The notes under the pieces: generated by a model
The model's input: the letters and a program-made list of their open reading frames with translations, nothing else
Told to the model about the DNA's origin: nothing
The model's database searches: none
Position numbers and translations under genes: made by a program
Assembly (NCBI RefSeq): GCF_006345805.1
Contig: NC_043001.1
Location: forward strand, 69,564,001-69,628,000
Source: Octopus sinensis
Taxonomy: Eukaryota
Length of the DNA stretch: 64,000 bases
Reading direction: 5' to 3'
Part shown: positions 40,242 to 53,054 of the stretch, piece after piece
How the letters are laid out: the number at the start of each line of letters is the position of its first letter
How positions within the stretch are numbered: the stretch's first letter is position 1

Positions 40242-41715
40242 AAGGGGGAAGTAGAGCAGATGCCAAAAACTATAGGTCTATCTCTCTGACTTCACACATG
40301 AGCTAAGTCATGGAACGGATAATCAGAGGGAAACTACTCGCATTCCTTGAAGAAAACAACTTGCTGAGTGATACCCAGCATGGTTTTCGACCAGGTAGGA
40401 TCTGCCTGACCCAGCTCTTACAACATTATGACTGGGTGTTGAGGCAGTTATTCAACAAATCAAATGTGGACGTAATAAACCTTGATTTTGCAAAAGCTTT
40501 TGACAAGGTGAATCATGGTATGATATGCCACAAACTGTGTGACTTCGGCATAGCTGGAACACTTGGAGTGTGGTTACATGACTTCCTGAAGGATAGGAGT
40601 CAGGCAGTAGTGGTTAAAGGAACCACTTCTATGAACACACAAATAGTGAGCGGTGTTTCACAGGGCACTGTCTTGGGACCACTGCTTTTTATAGTGGCTC
40701 TCTCAGATATGCTCTCAAATGCCCGGATAGCCACTCCGGCAAGCTATGCAGATGATACGAAAGTCTTGCAAAAAATACAGAACCCCAGCGATGTTGCACA
40801 CCTGCAGCAGGAGTTGGACTCAATCTACAGATGGGCTGAGGATAATAATATGCAGTTTAATGCTGATAAATTCCAGGCCCTGCTCTACCAGCATCCAAAA
40901 CTGAATATTAAACTTACAGGGTACACCGCTCCACAGGGAATTTCAATCCTTGAGCCTAAGTCTGTGAGGGACTTCGGTATCGACATGATTGATGATACCT
41001 CTTTCCAAGTGCACATTACCAGGATGGCGCCAAAGTGCAGACGACTGACTGGCTGGATTCTAAGAACATTCAGAACCAGAGATAAGGAAACCATGATGGT
41101 TCTCTGGCGGACATACGTCCTCAGTCGCCTGGATTACTGCTCACAGCTATGGTCACCCACCAGTGTGAAATTAACAGCGGACCTTGAAGCAGTCCAGAGA
41201 AGATTTACAAAGAAGATCGTCTCTTTGCAACAGCTCAGCTACTGGGAAAGGTTGAAACAGCTAAGACTCTACTCCCTGGAGATAAGACGGGAGAGGTATG
41301 CAGTAATATATATCTGGAAGATTATGGAAGGAATTGTGCCAAATTTTGGCATTGAAAGTTACACCGATTCTAGAACGGGACAACACTGCATAGTGCCAAA
41401 GATCCCAGCAATGCCATCACGCTTCAGGACGAGCTACTGCAACAGCCTGGGTTTCAAGGGCCCACAGCTTTTTAATATTCTCCCAAAGAGTCTGAGGAAC
41501 TTGCACAAAGTAGATGTAGGGGTTTTTAAATCAAAGCTGGACCTCTTCCTGTCGAGAGTCCCAGATGAACCTACCTCACGGCAAGAGGTGCAAATGAGGG
41601 TAGCTATATCAAACTCCATTCTTCACCAAGTGCCACATATTAGAGGAGGTTCTTAGTAATAACAGTGTAGCATAAAACGGCAGTGCATCAGCATGGCTGC
41701 AGCTCTGAGCTAAAG
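40242..41715 (+). mobile_element. 5'-truncated CR1/L2-group LINE
   Basis: Begins in KGGSRADAKNYRSISLTSH; RT ORF follows; short 3' UTR, then (TA)n. Confidence 0.88.
40310..41656 (+). CDS. Non-LTR (CR1-like) reverse transcriptase, 448-aa uninterrupted frame
   Basis: QHGFRPGR, LDFAKAFDKVNH, SGVSQGTVLGPLLF, YADDTK, LDYCSQLWSP, LEAVQRRFTK, LSYWERLKQL.LYSLEIRRER. Confidence 0.92.
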   Translation: MERIIRGKLLAFLEENNLLSDTQHGFRPGRICLTQLLQHYDWVLRQLFNKSNVDVINLDFAKAFDKVNHGMICHKLCDFGIAGTLGVWLHDFLKDRSQAVVVKGTTSMNTQIVSGVSQGTVLGPLLFIVALSDMLSNARIATPASYADDTKVLQKIQNPSDVAHLQQELDSIYRWAEDNNMQFNADKFQALLYQHPKLNIKLTGYTAPQGISILEPKSVRDFGIDMIDDTSFQVHITRMAPKCRRLTGWILRTFRTRDKETMMVLWRTYVLSRLDYCSQLWSPTSVKLTADLEAVQRRFTKKIVSLQQLSYWERLKQLRLYSLEIRRERYAVIYIWKIMEGIVPNFGIESYTDSRTGQHCIVPKIPAMPSRFRTSYCNSLGFKGPQLFNILPKSLRNLHKVDVGVFKSKLDLFLSRVPDEPTSRQEVQMRVAISNSILHQVPHIRGGS

Positions 41716-41830
<115 letters not shown>

Positions 41831-41875
41831 TGTATGTATGTATGTATATATATATATATATTATATATATATATA

Positions 41876-41915
<40 letters not shown>

Positions 41916-42039
41916 CATAAATATATAAATGCACGTCTAAGTTTGTAAGCGAGACCATTTCTCAATTTGAATTTAAACGCAATTGTTATACTGTCAAGTC
42001 CCTGTTGCTACTCTTAGGTTCCCGTCATCCACATATACA

Positions 42040-42913
42040 CGAGGGGTGCTGAAGAGAAACCAAAACTTTGCAATATTATTTTATTCACTTAGTTTTGCCC
42101 GTTTACAGTTTTAGCGCCTTCAAAATATTTCCAATTCAAGCAATGCATGGGTCCAAACGTGTTTTCTACCGTTGAAAGCTGGAACTCTAGCTAAGTGATG
42201 CCTTTTAACGCCACGGGCATTTTCTTCTTCACCTCTTTCACATCAGCAAATACCGTAGCATTTGCTTTCATCACCAGTGATGACCTTCGAGAAAGATACG
42301 GATCAGCTTCCAACTGCTCTTTCAGTTCACGACACGCATTCATGTTGTGACTGCTTTTGATTTTCCGTCAGTAAGCGAGGCAAAACTTTTGCTGCAACTC
42401 CTTTCGTTTGTAATTCTTCACTCAAAATTCGCTGGCTGGAGCTCCAAGACACACCAGTCATATCATCAAGTTCGTCAACTGTTCGGTGATGGTCCTCCAA
42501 GATCAGATCATGAATTTTCATGATATTTTCATTGGTTCGGGAGATCGACAGTTCTCCTGAACAAGCATGGTGTTCAAACGACGGGTGACCATTATTGAAG
42601 TGTAGAAACCACTCGTAATCTTGTGTTTTTGTCATGGCAGCATCCTTGTTAACTGTTTGAAGTATGAGAACTGTTTTGCAGAAAACAGAATTTCAAAGCA
42701 CTGAGTTCCTTCGTTTCAGCCACCGGGAAGATCGACGAACAGAGGAGAAGTACTGCAAAACAGAAAAGCATCACAGTCTGATCCTATTCAATAACGCCGA
42801 TCGGCAGACCAATGACTGAGGGTCGCATCAAGTGGCTTCTAGCGGCGGAAGCCTTAGCTAGAACGGGTTTGTTTCACAGAGAACGTTTCCGGTTACTTTC
42901 GGGTGTCCCCTCG
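42040..42913 (-). mobile_element. Internally deleted mariner element
   Basis: CGAGGGG...CCCCTCG|TA termini; YEWFLHFNNG...SRTNENIMKIHDLILED..RT..EL...ILSEEL...AAKVLPRLLT (HTH region); catalytic domain mostly absent. Confidence 0.85.
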
Positions 42914-43600
42914 TATTCACTTTGTAGGCCTCTGTTTATCGAAATTCTAAGTTACTGTATATTTTGTATTGATGCTAGAGAGTGTTGATCAACTTCTAAT
43001 TCGTTTTGATAACTGTCGTAGGTTTTGAATATTATAGGTTTACCTTTTATCTACAGTAATTGCACCGCCTGGAGTAGTTGTTTAATCATGTTTGAGGACA
43101 TTATATATATCACTCAGCCCAGGTCAAATATCTCATTACAGGTTGATATACTGGTGTTACCATGTAAACTAGTACAACCGCGTGGTCGGCGACTAGACTG
43201 ATTGCCCTATTCTTGTGAGGAGAGTGTCTGGCGAAAGAGGTGATCTAAAACAAAATACTTCGAAGGAAGGATGTGCTCCTTGTGGAACAACGGTTATCTA
43301 GTTGAAGAAGGAAATGGCAAATGCCCCAAAATCATAGCTAGGAAAACATCTTGTGAAAGTGAGAACAATGTAACGCTTTGGTTTCTTCCGCTAAAAAAAA
43401 TCGCGCTTAAATGGGACGACTTTCGTTGTGGTGCCTTGAAAATGAAACTAAAAAGCATATAATTCATGACGATAACGGTGGTTTCTTTGAGACAACTTGA
43501 AGTTATTCGTCCTAAGAATATTATAAGAGTTTTTTCATTCATTGACTTCTTACAGGATAATGTTGAATAAGCCAGAAGTAGTTCTGATATAAAACATATT

Positions 43601-43917
43601 GAAAACAATTGCAGCGTGGAAGGTGTTTGTAAGACATTTAAGAAACACACAAAAGCCGTTCGATTCACTTCAACATTTAAGTTTAATTTGTCAAAATATT
43701 TTCGTCGCTATAAGACCGTGACCTATTCACTGACAAAAATCCGTGCAGCACGGACAAAAATCCGAGATGCATCACGGATTTTTGTCAGTGAACAGGTCGC
43801 GGTTTTATAGCGACGAAAATATTTTGACAAATTAAACTTAAATGTTGAAGTGAATCGAACGGCTTTTGTGTGTTTCTTAAATAGCTTACAAACACCTTCC
43901 ACGCTGCAGTTGTTTTC
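43601..43917. mobile_element. Foldback/MITE-like element with about 145-bp inverted arms
   Basis: Arms 43601-43745 and 43773-43917 nearly perfectly complementary; 27-nt centre; no TSD seen. Confidence 0.82.
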
Positions 43918-44094
43918 GTTCCAGCACACGATCCCAGATCAAATCACTTGCTATGCAAGTACGTCTACATATTGAAAATTTGTATTGGAATAACGTTATG
44001 ACGCAGCTTTTATAATGGACGCATGGCTCAGAAGCCAAGATTTCCATCTTTCTCTAGACATTCTGAATTAATGATTATCATCAGTGATGTTTCC

Positions 44095-44130
<36 letters not shown>

Positions 44131-44282
44131 ACTCGCAGACCCAAAGATACCCATCACACATCATACAGACACACACACATATTTGTATATATATATATAT
44201 ATATATATACATTATGCATTATAAATTATGTGCGTATGTATATATATATAATATATATATATATATGTATGTATATATATAT

Positions 44283-44369
<87 letters not shown>

Positions 44370-44376
44370 TATATAC

Positions 44377-44407
<31 letters not shown>

Positions 44408-44413
44408 TTTATA

Positions 44414-45464
44414 TTGGGTTACCCCATAAATAATGCCGTGTTATCAATAGTCGGATGGCGGCGGAGTAAACTACCTGCATCAAACAGTTATAAAAGCAGC
44501 TACTAATGTTTCCTTGTATTTATTCTTAGTGCAAGTTTTGAAGAATGCAGTTCGATTTTGACAATTGTTTTTTCAAAGCTATAATGGAAGTGACAATGGA
44601 CCATATTCAGCATATATTGCTTTATGAGTTCAATAACGGCAACAACGCAAGGAAAAGTGCCAGGAATATTACTGTAATATATAGAGATCGGACAATAAGA
44701 GTAAGCCAATGTCAACGGTGGTTTCAGAAATTACCAGCCGGAAATTAGCCTAGAAGACGAGTCCCGTTCTGGAAATAGCTGGATGAGGACGTCTTGCAAA
44801 GCCTGGCGGAACAAAACGCCATCGTAATTGTTGGGGAACTAGTAGATAATCTTGGATTTGGTCATTAAACCATTCATCGACACCTGCGTGCCATCGAGCG
44901 TAGAGAGTGAATGTGTGCGCTTCTTTGCTGTCAATCAGTATAATGTTCGGCCACATACCGCTAAGATGACATTCCAAAGACTGGAGCAGTTTGAATGGGA
45001 AATGATGCCCCACACACCATATTAGCCCTATCTTTCCAGTACATACAGACCGAACCATCAAGGCCAATAAACCAGATATTGTTGTGAAAGACCAAAACAA
45101 TAAAGTTTGCTTATTGATCGACATGAGCATCCCCTGTGATCATAATATCTCAGCGAAAGAGTTTGACAAGCTCAGAAAATATAAAGACCTACTCATATGA
45201 TTATCATTTATTACACTGTTTTTCAAAAAGATTTGGATGGAAAATTATGAATTCTGTAGACGAGGTCAGAACAGTACTGGAGGAGTAATTTTCGTAATGG
45301 ACGAGTGAATTTTGGAAGAGGGGCGTTGCAAGTCTGCCAGATAGACGGAAGAGCATTGTAGAAAATGAAGGAGAGTGTATTTCAGATTATAAAAGAGTTT
45401 TGTCTATCTTAATTTTGAAAAATTAAAGAAGTATAAAAACCGCATTATTTATTGGATGATCCAA
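44414..45464 (+). mobile_element. Internally deleted mariner element flanked by TA, carrying an inserted retroelement fragment
   Basis: TIRs TTGGGTTACCCCATAAATAATGC / GCATTATTTATTGGATGATCCAA; HILLYEFNNG...CQRWFQK, HTPY*PYLS..YDYHL, EFWKRGVASLPDR. Confidence 0.88.
45033..45196 (+). mobile_element. Internal R4/Dong RLE fragment inserted in the mariner
   Basis: FPVHTDRTIKANKPDIVVKDQNNKVCLLIDMSIPCDHNISAKEFDKLRKYKDLL interrupts the mariner YSPDLAPSDY motif. Confidence 0.85.
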
Positions 45465-45471
45465 TATATAC

Positions 45472-45519
<48 letters not shown>

Positions 45520-45534
45520 ATATAATAATAAATA

Positions 45535-45879
45535 TTAGGGAATAAATCCAAATTTACAGGGAAAAAATCAGATTTAGGATTAAATCCAATTTTATAGTAA
45601 AATATTATAAAATATTATTAGAGACAAAACCACTATTTTGCAAAACAAACAAGGAAAGACTTAATCAATACATAAAATTTTAATAAATAGTCAAAAAAAC
45701 CGCCACTACAATTGTTACTTGTCTTGATCGACAATCTTCAGGTGGACTTCCAATAAGTCAGTTTCAAATTATGAAGTTTTTTTGACTATTTATTAAAATT
45801 TTATGTATTTATTAAAATTTTATGTATTGATTAAGTCTTTCCTTGTTTGTTTTGCAAAATAGTGGTTTTGTCTCTAATA

Positions 45880-45889
<10 letters not shown>
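45535..45889 (-). mobile_element. Coding-free pLTR foldback (arms 45606-45700 and 45776-45889)
   Basis: Arms essentially identical apart from a 19-bp tandem duplication (45787-45824); hammerhead in the spacer. Confidence 0.82.
45703..45745 (-). ncRNA. Minimal type I hammerhead ribozyme motif (A13U substitution)
   Basis: CCAC-CUGAAGA-UUGUC gaucaa GACAA-GUA-ACAAUUGU-A-GUGG. Confidence 0.78.
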
Positions 45890-45939
<50 letters not shown>

Positions 45940-46070
45940 TATATATATATGTATGTATATATGTATGTATGTATGTATGTATTATGTATGTATGTATGTA
46001 TGTATGTATGTATGTGTGTGTGTATGAAGATTCGTTGTGAAATGAAATGGTGATAGGTTTTACCTTATAC

Positions 46071-46140
<70 letters not shown>

Positions 46141-46615
46141 GAGAGAGAGATGAATACTTACATACAGACGCACATACATACATACTTACAAGCATGACTG
46201 TGCATCCATATTCACTTACACGTTCAGACGTAAGTACATACCATGCATTTAAAATGTGAACAGGCTGTCATTTATTTGCCGAATTTATTTCATATATATT
46301 CCCGATTTATATAATGAGGTTTCTCTGTGTATAAATATGTCAATATCTGTTCTAAATTTACTCTGTCCAAGATTACTATAAAAACAACAAAAACACCACG
46401 TAGCTTTCTATATTCCATCTAGATTGTATTGCTACAAATATTTCCATCTTTTATTATTGCTACCCCCGAAGCGATTTCGAAAACTAATATTTGTGGCAAT
46501 GATATATATTCGTGATATTATGTTACTAAATACAGAAAGAATTTGTTTATTCTCTCTAAATCATATATATATGTATATATATTATATATATATATATATA
46601 TATAATATATTATAT

Positions 46616-46692
<77 letters not shown>

Positions 46693-48189
46693 TATATGTA
46701 TATATATGCATAATATATATGTATATGTGTATTTTATACACGTATATGTGTATTTATATATGTGTGTGTGCGTGCGTGTGTACACCTATCTTTCTATATA
46801 TGGGGTGACTTTTTATGAATGCACATGAATATGTTCACAGTGGAATTGTGTCAGAAACTTTTGGTAGTTATACAGTAAAATATTTTGACATCTTACAGAA
46901 TATAAATAAATAATATTTTCAGAAAAAAAACATATATATCTTGATTTGTGGGTGCAATGACATGTTTTTAATGGGATATCAAATGTTTACTGTGATGTTA
47001 AAAATTCAAACTTAACATGAATCAAGGCTGAGTCATGAAATATGAACAACATCGACATATGATCTTACTCTTCATAACTTATAGAAAAGTACCGACTTGG
47101 CGGAATCTTTAGCTCAGCAGAGAATACGTTTCTTATCAGTTCCTCCATCTCTGCATCTTATTCCTTTCCCTCTCACTGAAGAGCTTTTTTGCCCTTCATT
47201 CGTATGGGTTCGATAAAATGAGTGTCAATGAAGTAGGGGGATCGATGGTCTCAATCCCAGCACTCAGAACTTTTCGACATTTGTCTAAATCAGAGACGAT
47301 TATTTAAATCATGAAAGATAACGAAAATGAAGGAACCAAACATTGTTGCAAGATAGTATTGTTGTTTGATTTCCAATTCTGATTTTTAAAGTTCCCTTTG
47401 CAGACAAACATTGCAGTTTATAAACATTAAAGCAGAAAAACAACATAATTGATACAGTGTTTAAATATTCAGTAACGGAGAGCAAAACTTTACTTTTGTT
47501 TAATCTCGAGGAAGTGATATTTGATTAAAGATGAGATCGAGCACATATTTCAGTAGCAACCAGTTTATGGCTCATACGAACGCATTGGGTAATGTACCCT
47601 TCCATATTTGAAGAAACTAATGTAACAACGTATATTTGTTTGCTATCTCGAGCAGGCGATATGTCGAGCAGCCACAAGGAATCTTAGCACAATTACAGAT
47701 TCAATGTACAGTTCTCTCAAGTAACGAGGAATTAAATATGACGTTATGTATGACCTTTTGTTCAAAGAATCATTCAGGTTCGCTAATTTTTTAATCGGTT
47801 CCCTAAGTTGCCTTCCCATCCACCGGAATGCGCTGTTCATTTATAGGGTGTACATTCGCATCGATAATGATGGTATTTTCGACAATAGTTTGAATCTACT
47901 AATGTTTTTGCATTAAAGGTAGATTTTATGCATATTATATAATATTCGTAATATGTTGACGTATGAAACTAGCGTCAATTCTGAATTCATTATAAGTAAA
48001 TGTTGGAGCGAAAATCCAATAGTTAAGATCAACTATTTACATATTTTCATAAAACAACAACAGAAAAAAATTAGAATTTCAACTTTATTTTGTCTGTTGA
48101 TGATGTTACTAATTTTGTAGCTATTCCTAACGGATATATGTCGTATTTCTAATGATGTTTTGCTTCTATGAAGGAAGTGTGTGAGCTAT

Positions 48190-48234
48190 TTACTTTATTA
48201 TTATTATCATTATTATTATTATTATTTTTATTAT

Positions 48235-48328
<94 letters not shown>

Positions 48329-48365
48329 AATAATAATATTTTTATTATCATCATCATCATCATCA
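48190..48365. repeat. Compound (ATT)n/(CAT)n microsatellite
   Basis: Direct reading. Confidence 0.92.
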
Positions 48366-49139
48366 ACACTATTTTCTTTATCTTTCAGTTCTGTTTCATT
48401 TCTTGTCGTGTGTCTTCCTGAAGCCTAAAGCAGAGGAATGGACTGTATACATTGGTAGGCCATTAAAATAAACACAGCAGATTCTTCATTTACAAAGTCA
48501 TGTGATAGAGAAAATGGGGAAGAAAGACAGTGAGAAAAGGGAAAAAATAAAATATATAAATAAAGAAAGAAAATAGATGGGGTAAGAAAGAAAATTCACA
48601 GCCACAACGCTCTTCTCAGTAAGTGTGACGTACCAGTTAACACAACCCTCTGCATTTCCTGCATGTTTGGTAAGCCAGGGATCATTCTTAAATAATTTTC
48701 AGTTCCTTTTTTAATCATTCCAAGTGTTCCTGCAATTACTGTTATTCTAACCGTCTTCACATGCCACATATTTTCGATTTCGATCAGTAAAGTTTTGAAT
48801 TTTCTGAGTGTATTATATTGTTTTAGGAGTTATTATTGTCACAAGATATACACATGTCAATAGACTTTATTGTTTTGCCCTTTCATAACGATATCTCGTT
48901 TATTTATTTTGTTGGAAAGTCCCAAACAATCATTACATATCCTTCCTCAATTACGGTCTCAGTGTGGTGCTTGTACAATTTGTCAGCAGTTGTATAATGC
49001 CAACATTTTACCCAATATGAATATTGGCCAACCCTGCCGTCTTGATTTGTACTCTACAGGTGCTAAACCTTGTATCCATACATTAGGTGGCCCACAGTTT
49101 CATTGTAACAGTGTCGGCACTGTGGGTCTACACTATTTG

Positions 49140-49264
49140 TTCTTCTTCTCTTCTTCTTCTTCTTCTTCTTCTTCTTCTTCTTCTTCTTCTCTTCCTCCTC
49201 CTCCTCCTCCTCCTTCTTCTTCTTCTTCTTCTTCTTCTCCTCCTCATCCTCCTCCTTCTTCTTC

Positions 49265-49311
<47 letters not shown>
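49140..49311. repeat. Compound (TTC)n/(CTC)n/(TTA)n microsatellite
   Basis: Direct reading. Confidence 0.92.
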
Positions 49312-49750
49312 GAGTGAGAGAGCAATGCATGCCATCAAAGTGACACTGGAGTAAAATATACGAAGCCCAGTATACCCATCATGACTACACGTCTGATAAG
49401 GGTACACATGGCACATGCATTACGACAATATGTGCGCGACATGCTGATCTCATATCAAGATAAACAGAACATGACCTTGCAGGTGGGGGCCCACTTAGAT
49501 TTTTTTTCTGGTGGTGTAATCTATCCCGCTCAAAAGGTCCCTGAATAAGGGTTGTTTAAGGGTGTTGAACGAAACATCCATGTTTCCTGAGAGCTATTAT
49601 TCAAACCCCAAAGAATCCCTGTCAACATATGGCTATGATGCTCCCCCACTACATCTGCTCGTGATCAGAGATGCACATGTCGTCAGCCACTAAGGGACAT
49701 GGTCAACTGGTTACGGTCAAACAACTGACAAGCAAATCTGTAGTATTGGA
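49312..49750 (-). mobile_element. Unclassified interspersed repeat ending in (AAT)n on the minus strand (possible LINE 3' UTR)
   Basis: Sharp junction to (TTA)n; single copy in this window, so classification is weak. Confidence 0.4.
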
Positions 49751-49869
49751 AGATAATAGTAATAATAGTACACCCCTCCCACGTGACGAGAGATATATGC
49801 TAGGTGCTATAAATAAGATGATGTCAGACAGTATAGGGAGGGATACGAAGTAGATGTTCTTAGAAAGTC

Positions 49870-50170
49870 GTGGTCTTACTTTCTAACAACTATAATGCTA
49901 TACCGAAGTGGGCGTTATAACAATCCGACATTAAGGATTACAACACATCCTTAAGAGAGCAGCGTTCACCCACTTGCAAGGGTGTAACTTTGTTACAGGT
50001 AGTCATTCAGTTCCGCAGTGATCCTTTCATGCAACTGCGTAAAGTTCTTCAGCCAACAGCCTTCTACTCCATCCTGGCCTGATCCTTTCCATTTTGTCAT
50101 TGTTTTAAACTGTTCACTTACTGTATATATATCGATTAATTGTGACATTCTTTTGTCTTGGTGCAGTTTC
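49870..50170 (-). pseudogene. R4/Dong RT N-terminal region fragment
   Basis: WKGSGQDGVEGCWLKNFTQLHERITAELNDYL resembles R4-clade WKAPGPDG..GFWLK. Confidence 0.6.
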
Positions 50171-50389
50171 AAGTTGTTTTTCAGCCTTTGTTAGCCACTC
50201 CGAGCTCTCCCTATAATCATTGTTATTATCATTGTTGTTGCTGTTGTTGTTCTTATGGTGGTGAAGGTTTATTATATTTTTGAATTTTATCTTTAGATAT
50301 TCAGGGTAAATTTTACATTACATTTCCATGTTAATTTCCCTCAATAACTAAGCTATGGGCAGTACACTTCTTATCCACGATGTCATTCG

Positions 50390-50496
50390 TCTTCCAAGAT
50401 TTCTGATGTGAAATCGCTTGTTGAAACAGATATTACTGTACTTCGGGATGGTCATTTTGCTTTTAGACAAAAACAAAACCAAAATAAAAATGACCA

Positions 50497-50500
<4 letters not shown>
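50390..50500 (-). repeat. 3' tail of the PLE family seen at 58700-58790
   Basis: Reverse complement GCAAAATGACCAT.CCGAA...AATATCTGTTTCAACA..CGA.TTCACAT shared. Confidence 0.65.
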
Positions 50501-50568
<68 letters not shown>

Positions 50569-50599
50569 GCTTCATTCAATTTATACTAAAAAATATACT

Positions 50600-50686
50600 T
50601 GATCAAGATGCTACGCAGTGAGAGTGAACCCGGAATCATGTGGTTACGAAGTAAACTTCTCACCATGCTGACACGCCTGCGCCTAC
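50600..50686 (-). mobile_element. SINE tRNA-like head only
   Basis: Reverse complement TAGGCGCAGGCGTGT...ACCACATGATTCCGGGTTCAC matches the head of 39345. Confidence 0.7.
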
Positions 50687-51204
50687 AGAGATGTGAATAA
50701 AGTATGTTTATTATTATTTCGACTGTACATAAACATATAACGTAATCTTGTTTTTCCAGATGAATTTTTAAAAATTGGCTATTTTATCAAACGATTTATT
50801 TCAGATTGATCTAATCACTTTGATTATTATTGTAAACTAAAACTTTGATGTTGGTTATATGCAACACAATATTTAGCAAGATTTATGTGGTATATAAAAA
50901 CAAGTGAAATATTGTATTTATATTTTGTTAATCAATTTCTGTTTAATCTATTCCATTACGTAGTCGTAGGATATACTTACAAGAGGTGTATTTGACAACT
51001 ATTAGAAAAGCATACATACAAACCATACAAATGGTTTCGTAAATAAGACGATTGTTATACATAATTTAATAATACAGGGGTTGCAGTTAAAAATTGTCTG
51101 CGACCATACTGATAGTGACGAGCGAGAAAACTATGGACGTTTGAAATTAAATGAAATCATACTTCGCGACATGTAATGAAGACTTATCCGCTAAGGGAAA
51201 ATGA

Positions 51205-51349
51205 AACAAGGAAGAAGAAGAAGAAGAAGAAGAGGAAAAAGAAGGAGAAGAAGAAGAAGAAGAAGAAGAAGAAATAGAAGTGGAAGAAGAAGAAGAAGAA
51301 GAAGAAGAAGAAGAACAACAACAACAACAACAACAACAACAAGAACAAG

Positions 51350-51384
<35 letters not shown>

Positions 51385-51420
51385 GAACAAGAAGAAGAAC
51401 AAGAACAAGAACAAGAAGAA
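51205..51420. repeat. Compound (GAA)n/(CAA)n microsatellite
   Basis: Direct reading. Confidence 0.95.
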
Positions 51421-51479
51421 GCAGTATACTGCTAATACAGTATGATTTACCAAAAATAGATTTGAGAGTGCACAGGAAT

Positions 51480-52950
51480 TCCTGTCAAAAATAGCCACCG
51501 AGAGAGAAGAAACGCTACTCCGCATGGAATTATATGGTCAATTCCACCGTGTAACCAACAAATTAAAAGACCAGAAAGCGTCATGGAAGTGGCTCAGCAA
51601 GGGTGACCTAAAAAGAATACGGAAAGCCTAATCATCGCTGCCCATGATCAGGCATTGAATACCAACTTACTGAAAAAGGATATATGACACAAGTGCAACG
51701 AACCCCTGCAGAATTATTAGTGATTGTGAAAGTCTTGCACAGAAAAGGTACAATCGCAGATGCAACAAGGTTGCCCAAAATTTTCACTGGCTACTATACT
51801 GGACGTATAGATAGGAGGTAACGGTTGCTTCATGCCAACATACACCGGAAAATGTAATGGACGAAAAGGGTTAGACAAAACTCCTCTGGAACTTTGACTT
51901 CCAGACAGATAAGGTGTTAGAGCACCAAAGGCCGGATATAATAGCCTCTAGGAGGGACAAACAATAGTGTCTATTAATCGACGTGGCAGTACCAGGAGAC
52001 CAACATATATCAAATCAAATCAAATTTATTGGCAGAAGAGCACAATGTGCTTAAGTCATGTAAAAAAATACAGTTATTGTTATATACAGTTTTATACATA
52101 GTCGCCACAGCTGTCCAGAGCCTCTTTGAACAAGGGAGTGGTGGGCAGTTGAATGACATCTTGTAGTGCTTGATCCACGGGGATGCGATACGGACGGAGA
52201 ATGCGGCCTTCCGCCTGTTGAGTCGAAAGTGTCAGGGATAGAGTTTGCGATCATGCTCACGAAGACCAGCTATCCGGCGCAGGGGTGAAAAACTACGCAA
52301 ATGGTACATTTCCATTTCCGTTGAAGATGAAAGCCAGGATGAGATCTCCCCACATCCTCTGTCATTCGAGTAAATGTAATGCCAGCCGTTAGAGACGTTC
52401 TTCATACGTAAGCTTAGACAAACCCACGACCATTCGGGTGGACAAGCGCAGAACCCATTCTATGTATTGAATGTCTTTCTGGATATATGGATGTGAGGTC
52501 CGGATGCAATATTCGAAGATGGGTCGAACCAGAGTGACGTATAAAGGCCGAAATATATCCATTGAAAGTTTGACAAAGAACCGGCAGATGAGGAAAAGAT
52601 TCCGTCTAGCTTTGTTCGCCGCCTCGATACACTGCCGTGTTAGTTTGAGAGACGTATTGACCATTATGCCGTTATCCTTTTCTTCAATGACCATCTTAAG
52701 ATGTTGGTGTTTGAGGCCAATAGTCAATGACGAGTTTGGAGGTTAACCTATGAGCAAATCGCGGCATGAAAGAACGAGAAAAAATTGATAAATATGGAGA
52801 CCTGAGAATTGAGATCGCCAAGGTGTGGCCGTTAGGAGTCAAATATAAAGGTTGCCCCTATTGCCATTGGAGCTCGGTTCAATACCACCGAAGCTGAAGA
52901 AACATCTGGAAACTTTAGAAATACTCTACAATCTACGTGTTTTGCAGCAC
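51480..52950 (+). mobile_element. Decayed R4/Dong-like element (CCHC/RLE region) interrupted by a CR1 insertion
   Basis: LYGQFHR...SWKWLSKGDLK...LIIAAHDQALNT; LWNFDFQTDKVLEHQRPDI...LIDVAVPGDQHI; resumes after 52765 as MKEREKIDKYGDLRIEIAKVW..IAIGA. Confidence 0.8.
52007..52765 (-). mobile_element. 5'-truncated CR1-like LINE with (ATTTG)3 tail
   Basis: EKDNGIMV..LKLTRQCIEAANKARR...LYVTLVRPIFEY...LSKLTYEERL; minus-strand 3' end AATAAATTTGATTTGATTTGAT. Confidence 0.8.
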
Positions 52951-53054
52951 TGCGACTGTAAAATACGAAGACAGGTGTAACATGTAAAAAAAAAACGAAG
53001 TAAACAACGAAAGACAACATATCCAGACCGTAGGAAAGTATAATGATGTGAAAA

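Noticed and set aside
43290-43350. GAAGAAGGAAATGGCAAA resembling the BovA/RTE 5' UTR motif
   Set aside because: Match too short and no supporting RTE sequence adjacent
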